Part shown: in pieces, positions 1 through 8,722 of the stretch
How positions within the stretch are numbered: the stretch's first letter is position 1
Layout of the letters: every line of letters starts with the position of its first letter
DNA from: Alkalispirochaeta sp.
GTDB taxonomy: Bacteria; Spirochaetota; Spirochaetia; DSM-27196; Alkalispirochaetaceae
Length of the DNA: 64,000 nucleotides
Direction: 5' to 3'
Assembly: GCA_965242725.1 (NCBI GenBank)
Contig: CBDESZ010000025.1
Coordinates: 380,774-444,773, forward strand
Notes under the pieces: generated by a model
What the model was told of the DNA's origin: nothing
Databases searched by the model: none
The model's input: the letters and a program-made list of their open reading frames with translations, nothing else
Made by a program: the position numbers and the translations under genes

Positions 1-1
1 G

Positions 2-274
2 AAATCGGTGACCGAAGGAAAAAAGGTCGCCGAACGGGTCATCAATATCGCGGGACAGTTTCTCAACCTGAAAATAGACTATCTCGGATACGTCTATGAT
101 GATTCTTCGGTACAGCAGGGTGTGTTAAAACAGAAACCATTTGTCGTGCTTGACCCGAAAGGCAAGGCGAGTATTTGTGTGCAGCAGATTGCGGGACGCC
201 TTGAACGGGTGGATTACCGGGAAGGAGGAGGAGTAGGGCAGTTTCTGAAACGTCTCTTCGGGAAACTTCAGTAA
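2..274 (+). CDS. flhG: MinD/ParA-family flagellar number regulator FlhG/FleN, C-terminal part (5' truncated by window)
   Basis: FLNLKIDYLGYVYDDSSVQQGVLKQKPFV...P..KAS matches the FlhG C-terminus; lies upstream of fliA. Confidence 0.85.
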   Translation, partial: KSVTEGKKVAERVINIAGQFLNLKIDYLGYVYDDSSVQQGVLKQKPFVVLDPKGKASICVQQIAGRLERVDYREGGGVGQFLKRLFGKLQ

Positions 275-318
275 CTTGACGACGATTTTCGATATACCTT
301 ACTCTTTAATGTGAATTG

Positions 319-1092
319 ATGGAACGTTATACGCGTATTGCGGTTCCCGGAGCCGTCGTTGGATTGGTGTTATCAATACTCGTCGCGCTGATTGCGGGAG
401 TACCTTTTGGTGTTCTCATCCTCCGCGGGCTGCTGAGCGGCGTCGTTCTGGGAGTTGGCAGCGTGGGCGTGTATGTCGTCGCGGAGCGGCTGTTACCCGG
501 CCTCTTTGACGGAGAATCGGCAATTGAAGGTTCTGATACTTTGGATTCCCGTTCAGACTTGCATGAAGAAGAAGGGGATGAGAGACAAAATCGTCGAGTT
601 GATATCGTGCTTGAAGACGAAGAGGATGACCGGGAGCCGTCGCGGCGGGCTGAAAAGCCGGAGGCGGCCGAATTCGACGACGGGGATGCTTCGGATTTTC
701 GTGATGCCCCGGGCGACGCCGGGTCCGGTGTATCGGACCGCGGCTACGATGACGATGAACTGGTGGACGAAGTTGAGGAACAGGGCGGCGGCAGCGCCCG
801 GGAATTGACCCATCAGGCGGAAGAAGAGCGGAAATATGGCGGCGGCATCGAAATCGATGACGCCGTGCTGGACGAAATGCCGGACATCGGCGCGTTTTCC
901 AGCACTTTTTCGACGTCACAGGATGGTGAAGACGATCTGCCCGGAAGCGGCAGTCTCGACGGATTTGAAAGTTCCGGAGGCGGCGGCGAGAGCCGCTCTC
1001 TTTCATCCCGTGCGAGCGGTATGGCCGGAAACGATCCGGCGACCATCGCAAAAGCGTTGAAAACGATGTTGAGCCGTGACGAGAAAGAATAG
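319..1092 (+). CDS. Hypothetical membrane protein: two N-terminal TM helices, long acidic region, C-terminal DPATIAKALKTML motif
   Basis: ORF between flhG and fliA; hydrophobic N-terminus and D/E-rich body. Confidence 0.75.
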   Translation: MERYTRIAVPGAVVGLVLSILVALIAGVPFGVLILRGLLSGVVLGVGSVGVYVVAERLLPGLFDGESAIEGSDTLDSRSDLHEEEGDERQNRRVDIVLEDEEDDREPSRRAEKPEAAEFDDGDASDFRDAPGDAGSGVSDRGYDDDELVDEVEEQGGGSARELTHQAEEERKYGGGIEIDDAVLDEMPDIGAFSSTFSTSQDGEDDLPGSGSLDGFESSGGGGESRSLSSRASGMAGNDPATIAKALKTMLSRDEKE

Positions 1093-1123
1093 TACGCTAC
1101 ACTGAAGATAACTGGGGAGGGGA

Positions 1124-1912
1124 ATGAGCGACAGTGTACTGACGGAAAAGACAGAAGAAGAACTCTGGCGACTTTACCGTAAGACAAAAGACGAGGCGAT
1201 CAGAAACCGCCTCATTAAACAGTATCTCCCCCTGGTCAAGTATGTCGCCGGCAAGCTCGCCGTTGGTATGCCCCAGAATGTGGAGTTTGACGACCTTGTC
1301 AGTTACGGCGTCATCGGTCTTTTCGATGCCATTGAAAAATTCGACCCCGGTAAGCACGTCAAGTTCAAGACCTACGCGGTGACCCGCGTGCGGGGTTCCA
1401 TATTCGACCAGTTGCGACAACTCGACTGGGTGCCCCGTTCGGTACGTCAGAAGACGAGGGAACTTGAAGAAACGGTCCGGCGCCTTGAGGCGCAACTCGG
1501 TAGAGCGGCGACGGATCAGGAAATCGCGAAGGAACTGGGGATAACCGAAGCGGAGTTTGAGAAGCTCGTCCTCAAGATCAGCGGAACTACCGTTCTCTCC
1601 CTCAACGACGTATGGTACTCCGGTGAAGACAACGATCGAATGTCCATCGGAGACAGTATCGAGAGTCCTCAGAGCCGGAATCCCGACTCGATCGTCGAGA
1701 AAGAGGAAATGAAGCGGGTCATCGTCGAAGCGATCGGTGACCTCCCCGACAAGGAGAAGAAGGTCCTTGTCCTCTACTACTATGAAAACCTCACGTTGAA
1801 GGAAATCGGCGCAGTGCTGGGAGTGACGGAATCGCGGATTTCCCAGCTTCACACAAAGGCGATCGTACGTCTGCGCGGTCGCCTGACAAGCGTCAAGCGG
1901 GGTATTATGTAA
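1124..1912 (+). CDS. fliA: RNA polymerase sigma-28 factor FliA/WhiG
   Basis: [75 protein letters not shown]. Confidence 0.96.
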   Translation: MSDSVLTEKTEEELWRLYRKTKDEAIRNRLIKQYLPLVKYVAGKLAVGMPQNVEFDDLVSYGVIGLFDAIEKFDPGKHVKFKTYAVTRVRGSIFDQLRQLDWVPRSVRQKTRELEETVRRLEAQLGRAATDQEIAKELGITEAEFEKLVLKISGTTVLSLNDVWYSGEDNDRMSIGDSIESPQSRNPDSIVEKEEMKRVIVEAIGDLPDKEKKVLVLYYYENLTLKEIGAVLGVTESRISQLHTKAIVRLRGRLTSVKRGIM

Positions 1913-1913
1913 T

Positions 1914-3884
1914 ATGGTTTCGATGGAGCAACTCCAGGGGTATATGAAGAAAGCGGCGCGGGCGGACAATGAGAAGAAATTTGTAAACGCCAGCGGGAAT
2001 ACCCTCGATGATGCGCTCCGTGAAGCCTCCGTGGAATTGGGCCTGGCCGTCAAGAAAATAGAATACGAAATTCTTGAAAAAGGATCGCCCGGATTTCTCG
2101 GCATAGGAAAACGTCCCTACCTGATCGTTGCCTATCCCCTCCAGGCGCAGCCGACCCTCGCCGGCAGTGATGATGTTGAAGATATGGACTTCGGTTTTGA
2201 ACCCTCCGAATCAGACGATCGTGACGGAGAGGCGATCGTACGTCTCACGCCGGAAGGGGTTATGCTGAAGATCACGCCTCCCAGAGGGGATGGTGAAGCG
2301 CTCACGGAGCGAGAGGCGATTCAGGCGATCGCCCACAGGACCAATGAAAAGATCGACGCCTCCATGGTCTCCAAGGCGGTCAAGCGTGCCGACGCCGTCT
2401 GGGTCAAGGTAGGGGAGTACGACTACAACCCCGCCAACGACGCCTTTGTTTCCTGTGAAATCGTCGAGAACGAAATGAAGGCGGTGGTGACACTCAGTCA
2501 GCCCGGTGAAGGCGGGTGTGACCCGACGGCGGATACGATCCGAACCGCCCTGGAAAACTCCGGTGTGGTTCACGGCATCATAGAAGACGTTCTCGCCTCC
2601 CTTGAGGACCATCCCGTATACCGTGAACCAATGGTTGTCGCCGAGGGAACCAAACCGATAAACGGCAATGATGCCCGGATCGTATATAACTTCAACACCG
2701 ATACGAAACACGTCCATATCGAGGAGTCCAAGGAAGGAAAGGTGGACTTCCGCGAACTGAATCGCATTGAAAACGTGGTTGAGGGACAGGTTCTCGCCCG
2801 GAAAGTCATGCCTGAGGAAGGTACTCCCGGACAGACGGTGACGGGCCGTCTCATACCGGCCAAGGACGGGAAGGATATCGAGCCTCCCGTCGGACCCAAT
2901 ACGCGTCTTTCCGACGACGGCCGCAGTATCATGGCTGAAATTAACGGTCTCGTGAAACTGGTGAACGGAAAGGTAACCGTAGAAAAGATTTACGTTGTCG
3001 AAGGCGACGTAAACATGAAGGAAGGGAACATTCGGTTTCTCGGCACCGTCATTATCAAGGGAAATGTGGATGACGGTTTCGGTGTCAACGCTGCGGGGGA
3101 TATCGAGGTCATGGGAAGTGTCGGCCGCAGCAATATGGAGGCCGAGGGCGATATCATCGTCCATCAGGGTATTGCCGGCAAGGGCGATGCTGCCGTGAAA
3201 GCGGGTGGTTCAATCTGGTCCAAGTTCATTGAAAATGCAAACGTAGAAGCCGGCGACATGGTCGTCGTTTCCGACGGTATCCTGAACAGCAATGTCTTCA
3301 CCGACAAACGAATCATCTGTCGCGGAAAGCGGGCCAGCATCGCCGGCGGACACGTTCGTGCCGCAGAAGAGATCGACACCAAGAACCTGGGCGCCCCCGC
3401 CGGTACGGAAACGCTCGTCGAAGTGGGGTACGATCCCAAGAGCAGGGAAAAACTGCTGGAACTTGAAAAGGCGGACCAGGAGCTTGAGAAGGAGCTTGAA
3501 GAACTGACCCTGAACATGTCTACCATTGAAAACATGCGGGTCAACAAGCGGAAGATCAGCCCGGAAAAACTCAAGCAATACGCCTCTATGAAAGCACAGC
3601 GGGCAAAGGTCACCAAACAACGACAGAAAATTTCCGGAGAGATCAAGACGATACAGACCTATCTTGATGAACTGAAGACCAACGGCCGGATCAGCGTATC
3701 CGGGACGGTATTTACCGGTGTGAAAGTGGCCGTCAAGGACGCGCAGCTACAGGTGCGTCGTGAAGCGCGCGCAGTGACATATCTGGCGGAACAGGGACAA
3801 GTCAAGGTCACGAAGTATGAAGAGAGCCGCGCCGACATTTCCGTGAAGAAACGGGAGACATCCGATGTCGCTTCAACCCATTGA
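1914..3884 (+). CDS. fapA: FapA/DUF342 flagellar assembly protein with N-terminal Jag_N-like domain
   Basis: N-terminal IEYEILEKGSPGFLGIG (Jag_N-like); VDFRELNRIENVVEGQVLA; beta-helix GNIRFLGTVIIKGNV; coiled coil. Confidence 0.85.
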   Translation: MVSMEQLQGYMKKAARADNEKKFVNASGNTLDDALREASVELGLAVKKIEYEILEKGSPGFLGIGKRPYLIVAYPLQAQPTLAGSDDVEDMDFGFEPSESDDRDGEAIVRLTPEGVMLKITPPRGDGEALTEREAIQAIAHRTNEKIDASMVSKAVKRADAVWVKVGEYDYNPANDAFVSCEIVENEMKAVVTLSQPGEGGCDPTADTIRTALENSGVVHGIIEDVLASLEDHPVYREPMVVAEGTKPINGNDARIVYNFNTDTKHVHIEESKEGKVDFRELNRIENVVEGQVLARKVMPEEGTPGQTVTGRLIPAKDGKDIEPPVGPNTRLSDDGRSIMAEINGLVKLVNGKVTVEKIYVVEGDVNMKEGNIRFLGTVIIKGNVDDGFGVNAAGDIEVMGSVGRSNMEAEGDIIVHQGIAGKGDAAVKAGGSIWSKFIENANVEAGDMVVVSDGILNSNVFTDKRIICRGKRASIAGGHVRAAEEIDTKNLGAPAGTETLVEVGYDPKSREKLLELEKADQELEKELEELTLNMSTIENMRVNKRKISPEKLKQYASMKAQRAKVTKQRQKISGEIKTIQTYLDELKTNGRISVSGTVFTGVKVAVKDAQLQVRREARAVTYLAEQGQVKVTKYEESRADISVKKRETSDVASTH

Positions 3885-4200
3885 TCTTCAGACGCTCTTT
3901 GTGCGCCTCAGCCAGGTCGGCCGGGAGCAGTCCGCAATCAAGCAGGCGGTTGCCCAGAACCAGACGGTCACCGGGAATGAAATCGCCCAGCGATCCCAGA
4001 ATGCGGGACATACAGTCCGGGAAACCGATGAAGTCTCGGAAGGTCCCGAGTCGGTCAATGAAGACGAACAGAAAGAAAACCCGAACAGCCGCGGCAGACG
4101 TTCGCCGTCGGGTGCGGAGGAGCAGAGTTCCGAAGAGGGCGACGAAAACGGAGAGTTCCGGGATCCCGACCTTGGTCAAAATGTCGATTTGACGGGGTAG
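3865..4200 (+). CDS. Hypothetical protein (MSLQPIDLQ... DPDLGQNVDLTG), typical companion downstream of fapA
   Basis: Overlaps fapA stop; conserved-looking N- and C-terminal motifs. Confidence 0.75.
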   Translation: MSLQPIDLQTLFVRLSQVGREQSAIKQAVAQNQTVTGNEIAQRSQNAGHTVRETDEVSEGPESVNEDEQKENPNSRGRRSPSGAEEQSSEEGDENGEFRDPDLGQNVDLTG

Positions 4201-4202
4201 CC

Positions 4203-4784
4203 ATGAATTTCGGTCTCTACCTTCTTCTCAACCTGCTCTTTTTATTTGCCTTGGCTCTCTGGCTCCGGACTCTCGTGGTGAAAAGACTTAAACCGGAGAC
4301 AATACTCGCCGATTTGGAAAGTGAAGTGAATACAATGATTCAGGACCTTAATGCGGCGGGTGATCAGAACGTCTCTCTTCTGGAAGACCGTATCGAGACG
4401 CTGCGGGAACTCATTCATCGTGCGGACCTGCAGATAGATGAGCTGGAGGAGAAGGTCCGGACACTGGAAACCCGGCACATCGAGCAGCACGTTGAGGTCG
4501 ACCGGGATGACGGAATCCAGGAATATCCCGCCGTGGAGACGCAGGAATCTTCCGAGGGTGACGTACACCCGCACCCTGTAGAACCATCGGTTGAGGAAGA
4601 AGCGCCCATCATCTTTCCGTTTCGGAGGGAATCTGCCGCGGAAGAGGCGGAAACACCACGACAGGCGGTCCTGCGGCTTCACGGGCAGGGCGTCTCAAGC
4701 GAACTCATAGCCTCCCGTACCGGCATCGCCATCGGTGAAGTGGAGTTGATCATCTCCCTGGGGAGCAGGCGTGTCCGGCAATGA
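4203..4784 (+). CDS. Hypothetical membrane-anchored coiled-coil protein with C-terminal HTH-like (DUF2802/DUF6115-like) motif
   Basis: N-terminal TM helix, coiled coil, LHGQGVSSELIASRTGIAIGEVELIISL. Confidence 0.7.
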   Translation: MNFGLYLLLNLLFLFALALWLRTLVVKRLKPETILADLESEVNTMIQDLNAAGDQNVSLLEDRIETLRELIHRADLQIDELEEKVRTLETRHIEQHVEVDRDDGIQEYPAVETQESSEGDVHPHPVEPSVEEEAPIIFPFRRESAAEEAETPRQAVLRLHGQGVSSELIASRTGIAIGEVELIISLGSRRVRQ

Positions 4785-6343
4785 CGGTGGCATTTGACCT
4801 CGGTACGGCAGTCATATCGGCGGCATTTTTCGACGGGTCGGCGATACGTATCATTACCGACGACGGCGGTGAACATTCCGGACCGGCATACTCACTGAAA
4901 GAAATCCTCGGTCGACGAACGACGCTTCTCTGCCGCGACGGGCAGCGCAGTCCTGAAGAGATCCTCGCCCATCGACTCCGTCGTCTCCGCCGCTCCGTTG
5001 AGGGGATGCTCGGACGTGAAGTACGACGGGCGGCACTCACCGTTCCCGCCCGTTTCGACGTGAACAGGCGTAATGCCGTCATTGAGGCGGCGCTCCTGGC
5101 GGGATTTGAACGGGCCGTTCTCCTTGATGAACCGATCGCCGCGGTGTATGCCCACGCCCGGTACGTCGAGCGGGGGTTCTTTGTCGTCTGCGATTTCGGC
5201 GCGGGCTCTCTTGACGTCACATGCGTGGAAAAGTCGGGAATGCACTTTGTCGTACACGCCGCGGGCGGGGACCGCAGAATAAGCGGAAGAGCGATTGACC
5301 GTGTTGTATCGGAATATCTTCTCCGAAATATCGGTGATATTTCCGGTCTCGAAGAGGAGCTCCGCCGCGCCGCAGAAGAGATAAAGGTGAAGCTGTCCGT
5401 TGAAGACGTCGCGTCGATTTCCGTTTCCGCAGTATACCGGTCCGGCGGGGAGAGCTCCGTGGACGTGACGATCAGCAGGGATGAATTTGAATCGCTTCTC
5501 GCACCATTCCTCGAGCGGATGGTGCGCCTCGTCGCAGATACGTTACAGGAAGCCCGGTGGAGCGGCGACGCTTCCTCTATCTTTATCCTCGCGGGTGGAA
5601 TGACTGCCGTCCCCGCAGTGGCGCATACACTGTGCAGCCATTTTCCCGTGGAACCCACCGCGGAGGCTACGCCCCGTGAGTGCGTCATACGTGGAGCCGC
5701 CCTCTTTGCGGCTCGTACAGGGGCGGAACGCCTCCCCAACCGTCGATTTCTGCCGGCAACGCTTGCCGTTGAATTGTCCGACGGTCGCTGTACTCCCCTT
5801 TTGCGAAGATATCGAACCCTTCCCGCTTCCGTGTCAGCATCCTTCACCACCGTGGCGGATGATCAGGCGGAGGCGGAAATACATCTGGTACAGGGCGATG
5901 CCGGGCGGGCCTCCGACAACCGGAGCCTCTGTCGTCTAACCCTCACGGGACTTCCCGGAGGTCCCCACGGATCGGTCCCGATTACGGTGGCCCTTCAGGT
6001 AGACGAGGATGGCGTCGTCACCGTTACAGCACACTACGGGCAGGGAAATCCGCGAGTTCAACGGACGGCGCACCTCGTCAACGGTCACCGTCGGGGACCG
6101 CTTGAAGGTGACCGGACATCGTATTTCCACTCCCTCATCCGAAGGGGCAGGGTGCTCTCGACAATCGCGGGAGGGATGCTGCGGCGGGAGATCTCCGAAA
6201 CGGTCGATTACCTGGCGGGCTGGAATACAGCGAATCCCTCTGAAATCGATAACGCCGTCACCGTCCTGGAGACCCTGGTGGAAGAGGTGATCGCCGAGCG
6301 TGACGTCCATGACGAGGGAGGAGCCGGTCGTGCAGCTTCGTGA
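4781..6343 (+). CDS. Divergent Hsp70-family protein (not canonical DnaK)
   Basis: AFDLGT, LTVPARF, DEPIAA, DFGAGSLD, LAGGMTAVP, SBD FTTVADDQ...QG...DNRSL; ATGA overlap with upstream gene. Confidence 0.9.
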   Translation: MTVAFDLGTAVISAAFFDGSAIRIITDDGGEHSGPAYSLKEILGRRTTLLCRDGQRSPEEILAHRLRRLRRSVEGMLGREVRRAALTVPARFDVNRRNAVIEAALLAGFERAVLLDEPIAAVYAHARYVERGFFVVCDFGAGSLDVTCVEKSGMHFVVHAAGGDRRISGRAIDRVVSEYLLRNIGDISGLEEELRRAAEEIKVKLSVEDVASISVSAVYRSGGESSVDVTISRDEFESLLAPFLERMVRLVADTLQEARWSGDASSIFILAGGMTAVPAVAHTLCSHFPVEPTAEATPRECVIRGAALFAARTGAERLPNRRFLPATLAVELSDGRCTPLLRRYRTLPASVSASFTTVADDQAEAEIHLVQGDAGRASDNRSLCRLTLTGLPGGPHGSVPITVALQVDEDGVVTVTAHYGQGNPRVQRTAHLVNGHRRGPLEGDRTSYFHSLIRRGRVLSTIAGGMLRREISETVDYLAGWNTANPSEIDNAVTVLETLVEEVIAERDVHDEGGAGRAAS

Positions 6344-6980
6344 GGCATACGGTATCCTTGGCGTATCGGCCCATCATGGGGTCACGGAAATACGGATGCG
6401 ATATCGCCGGCTGGTCAAGGAGTATCACCCCGACGTCACCCACCGACAGGGCGACACACTGGCGCGTATCATCGAGGCGTACCGGATCGTCGAATCCGCA
6501 ACGGCCGGTTCCCGCCCGCGGAAGACAAGGGGTGCTACCGGAGGCAGGAAAGAACGCTCTTCCCCGCCGCGCGGCCATTCCGCTGCGCCGGCGGAAGGGG
6601 GCGGCGGGGACAGCGCGCGCCTTGTTTTTCAATTGGGTGGAGTGGCGATGTCGGGGAAGGGCGGCGCCCACAGATGCGACGCCTTGCGACGACTGGTGCA
6701 CACGGGATCGCGAAGCGCGGCCGTATTTGTGCGCCAGTGTCTTTTTGACGCGGACAAGGAGGTCCGGCATGAGGCTGCACGACTCATACCGTTGGTTCCG
6801 GGAGAGCGACGGGAGTCGATGCTCATAGAAGTGGTCGATCGTCTGACGTCACAGCAATGTGTCGCGATGCTGAAGACAATCGGAAGGTATAAGTTGCCCT
6901 ATCGCCGATTTGTCGGATATGCCGCCGCGGATTCCCGCGCGTCGGTGCGTAACGCCGCCCTGGAGGTTCTGCGTGGTTGA
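6330..6980 (+). CDS. J-domain protein (HPD) with C-terminal HEAT-like repeats
   Basis: AYGILGV...YRRLVKEYHPD...IIEAY; LFDADKEVRHEAA and AADSRASVRNAAL; GTG with GGAGG at 6317-6321. Confidence 0.85.
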   Translation: MQLREAYGILGVSAHHGVTEIRMRYRRLVKEYHPDVTHRQGDTLARIIEAYRIVESATAGSRPRKTRGATGGRKERSSPPRGHSAAPAEGGGGDSARLVFQLGGVAMSGKGGAHRCDALRRLVHTGSRSAAVFVRQCLFDADKEVRHEAARLIPLVPGERRESMLIEVVDRLTSQQCVAMLKTIGRYKLPYRRFVGYAAADSRASVRNAALEVLRG

Positions 6981-8583
6981 GCTTGAATCGTTTGTGGAGC
7001 AGTTGGAACGGTACTTCCTCGAGGGGGGCGGTGACCCTGTCCGTCTCCGGGGCCGACTGAAAGACCTCCGTGCCTCGGCAGAAAAATCCGAAAACGAGGG
7101 GCTGGTGGCGGTCCTTGAACAGCTGGAACGCCATATGTACGGTGGGGGCTCACCGGTCGCAGAAGAACTGATGCCGATCATCTTCACCCTCCGCTCGATC
7201 GTGAAAGAGACAACGGGTGATCAATCGGATGGTGATTATGTACGAATTGAAACGCCGGGGAGGAAATCCCTTTTTACCTCCCTTTCCCCATACCATCGTG
7301 ACCTCCTGCGCAGTGCCCGTGAACGGGGAGAGCGACTTTACCAGTTGTCCGTGAATACTCCCGGATCGTGTCGCGGGCCGGTCATCGAGGCGATAGAACG
7401 GTCCTGTGCGGTTATACAATCCGATGATTCCGACGATTCCGGGACGTTGCAGTTTCTGATTGTGTCATCGGAAGCGCCTGAACCGGATGACCTGTTGCGC
7501 GGAAATCTCCACGCACCCTGTCACACCGTTGAGTGCAGAATGCGGCACGTTTCATTCGAAGAAGTCATTGAGGCATCGCCCGTATCGATGCAGTGGTATG
7601 GCGGTGCGCCGGAACTGCCCGTCGGTTCATCAATTGACCGGATTGAACGAACCCTTATCCTCCTCAATGAACTCCGACGATCCCCTGATGAAGGAATGGA
7701 CGGGATCATCGGGGAAATCGCCGACGGGACTACGGATGCACTGTCGTCCACGGTAGAGAGAGTATGCGAGCATTTCTTCCCGCATATCCGCACGCTTGGC
7801 CATGAACTGGGCAAGCGGGTTTCCATACGGGTATCCGGTGACGTCGGCCGCCTTTCCATTGTACACGCCGAGATGGTGGGTGCCGCCCTCAGGGAGCTGC
7901 TTGAAAATGCGATCCGGCACGGCATCGAGCCCGGGGAGGAGCGTCTCCGCCGGGGGAAACAGCGTACGGGTAATATCCGCATCGAGGTGACGGAGTACGC
8001 CCATTCCATGGGACTGCGTATACGCGACGATGGAAAGGGCGTTGCCCAGGAGGAACTTGCAGCTGCCTTTGACCGCGCCGGACGGCACGGACTTGGATGG
8101 GTACGGCGTATTGTTGAGGAATACTTCGGTGGACGGCTCACCATTCGCGCCGGCGGCGGGACTACCGCCGAGCTCGAAATTCCCCGCGGCGACGGAATGT
8201 TTCGCGCCCGGCCATTGCGGCGCCGGGGAGAAACCTTCGTCGTCCCCGTTGCAGTGTCCTCTGAAAATATCGTCCTGAAAAACGCTGAACGTTCAACCGA
8301 AATGTCGGGGGGCATCCATATTCACGGCGGAGAGCGAGGAGTGCTGCCGCTCATGGATATCGGGGAAGACGGCACCCTTCGTTCCTGTAATTCCGCCGCA
8401 AATGATGCCATGTACGCCGTGGCGGTCACGGCCGGATCCACCGCCCGGGCTGTCGTCGCCGACGAGATCGGTCGTGAGGTCATGGCGGTTCCCCTTGTGG
8501 GAGAACCCTTTACCGTCCGCCTCGGATTGCGGGATGAATATGCCCGGGTAATTCCGTTGACCTCCACCCGAAGGAACACATAA
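6973..8583 (+). CDS. Degenerate CheA-like protein (HPt-like, P2-like, HATPase, CheW-like)
   Basis: LLENAIRHGIEPGEERLRRGK..GNIRI...IRDDGKG is CheA-specific; HPt His is absent; GTG with GGAGG at 6962-6966. Confidence 0.8.
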   Translation: MVELESFVEQLERYFLEGGGDPVRLRGRLKDLRASAEKSENEGLVAVLEQLERHMYGGGSPVAEELMPIIFTLRSIVKETTGDQSDGDYVRIETPGRKSLFTSLSPYHRDLLRSARERGERLYQLSVNTPGSCRGPVIEAIERSCAVIQSDDSDDSGTLQFLIVSSEAPEPDDLLRGNLHAPCHTVECRMRHVSFEEVIEASPVSMQWYGGAPELPVGSSIDRIERTLILLNELRRSPDEGMDGIIGEIADGTTDALSSTVERVCEHFFPHIRTLGHELGKRVSIRVSGDVGRLSIVHAEMVGAALRELLENAIRHGIEPGEERLRRGKQRTGNIRIEVTEYAHSMGLRIRDDGKGVAQEELAAAFDRAGRHGLGWVRRIVEEYFGGRLTIRAGGGTTAELEIPRGDGMFRARPLRRRGETFVVPVAVSSENIVLKNAERSTEMSGGIHIHGGERGVLPLMDIGEDGTLRSCNSAANDAMYAVAVTAGSTARAVVADEIGREVMAVPLVGEPFTVRLGLRDEYARVIPLTSTRRNT

Positions 8584-8626
8584 AAAAAGGGGATGATGTG
8601 TCTGGACGTCGGTACACATCACCCCC
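8582..8626 (-). terminator. Rho-independent terminator (13-bp stem plus U7)
   Basis: Minus strand GGGGGTGATGTGT-12nt-ACACATCATCCCC-TTTTTTT; stem complete (one G.U) only on the minus strand. Confidence 0.85.
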
Positions 8627-8648
8627 GCGATCTTGATTTCCTATACCT
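8582..8648 (-). ncRNA. Candidate sigma28-dependent small RNA (~60-67 nt)
   Basis: Bounded by the sigma28-like promoter and intrinsic terminator, with no credible ORF between them. Confidence 0.4.
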
Positions 8649-8651
8649 ACA

Positions 8652-8679
8652 ATATCGACACGGCTCGGGGCGATCTTGA
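8652..8679 (-). promoter_or_regulatory. Putative sigma28 (FliA) promoter
   Basis: TCAA(8679-8676)-N16-GTCGATAT(8659-8652) versus consensus TAAA-N15/16-GCCGATAA/T. Confidence 0.55.
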
Positions 8680-8722
8680 GAACTGACCGTGCCGAAGTAT
8701 CCGGATTTTCCGGGTTTCCTCT

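Noticed and set aside
4781..6980. Canonical dnaK-dnaJ heat-shock operon
   Set aside because: No grpE/hrcA or CIRCE element; Hsp70 motifs diverged; J protein lacks G/F and zinc-finger regions
8293..8622. 109-aa minus-strand ORF starting inside the candidate sRNA
   Set aside because: Start lies within the terminator stem and the ORF runs through the U tract, antisense to the CheA-like gene
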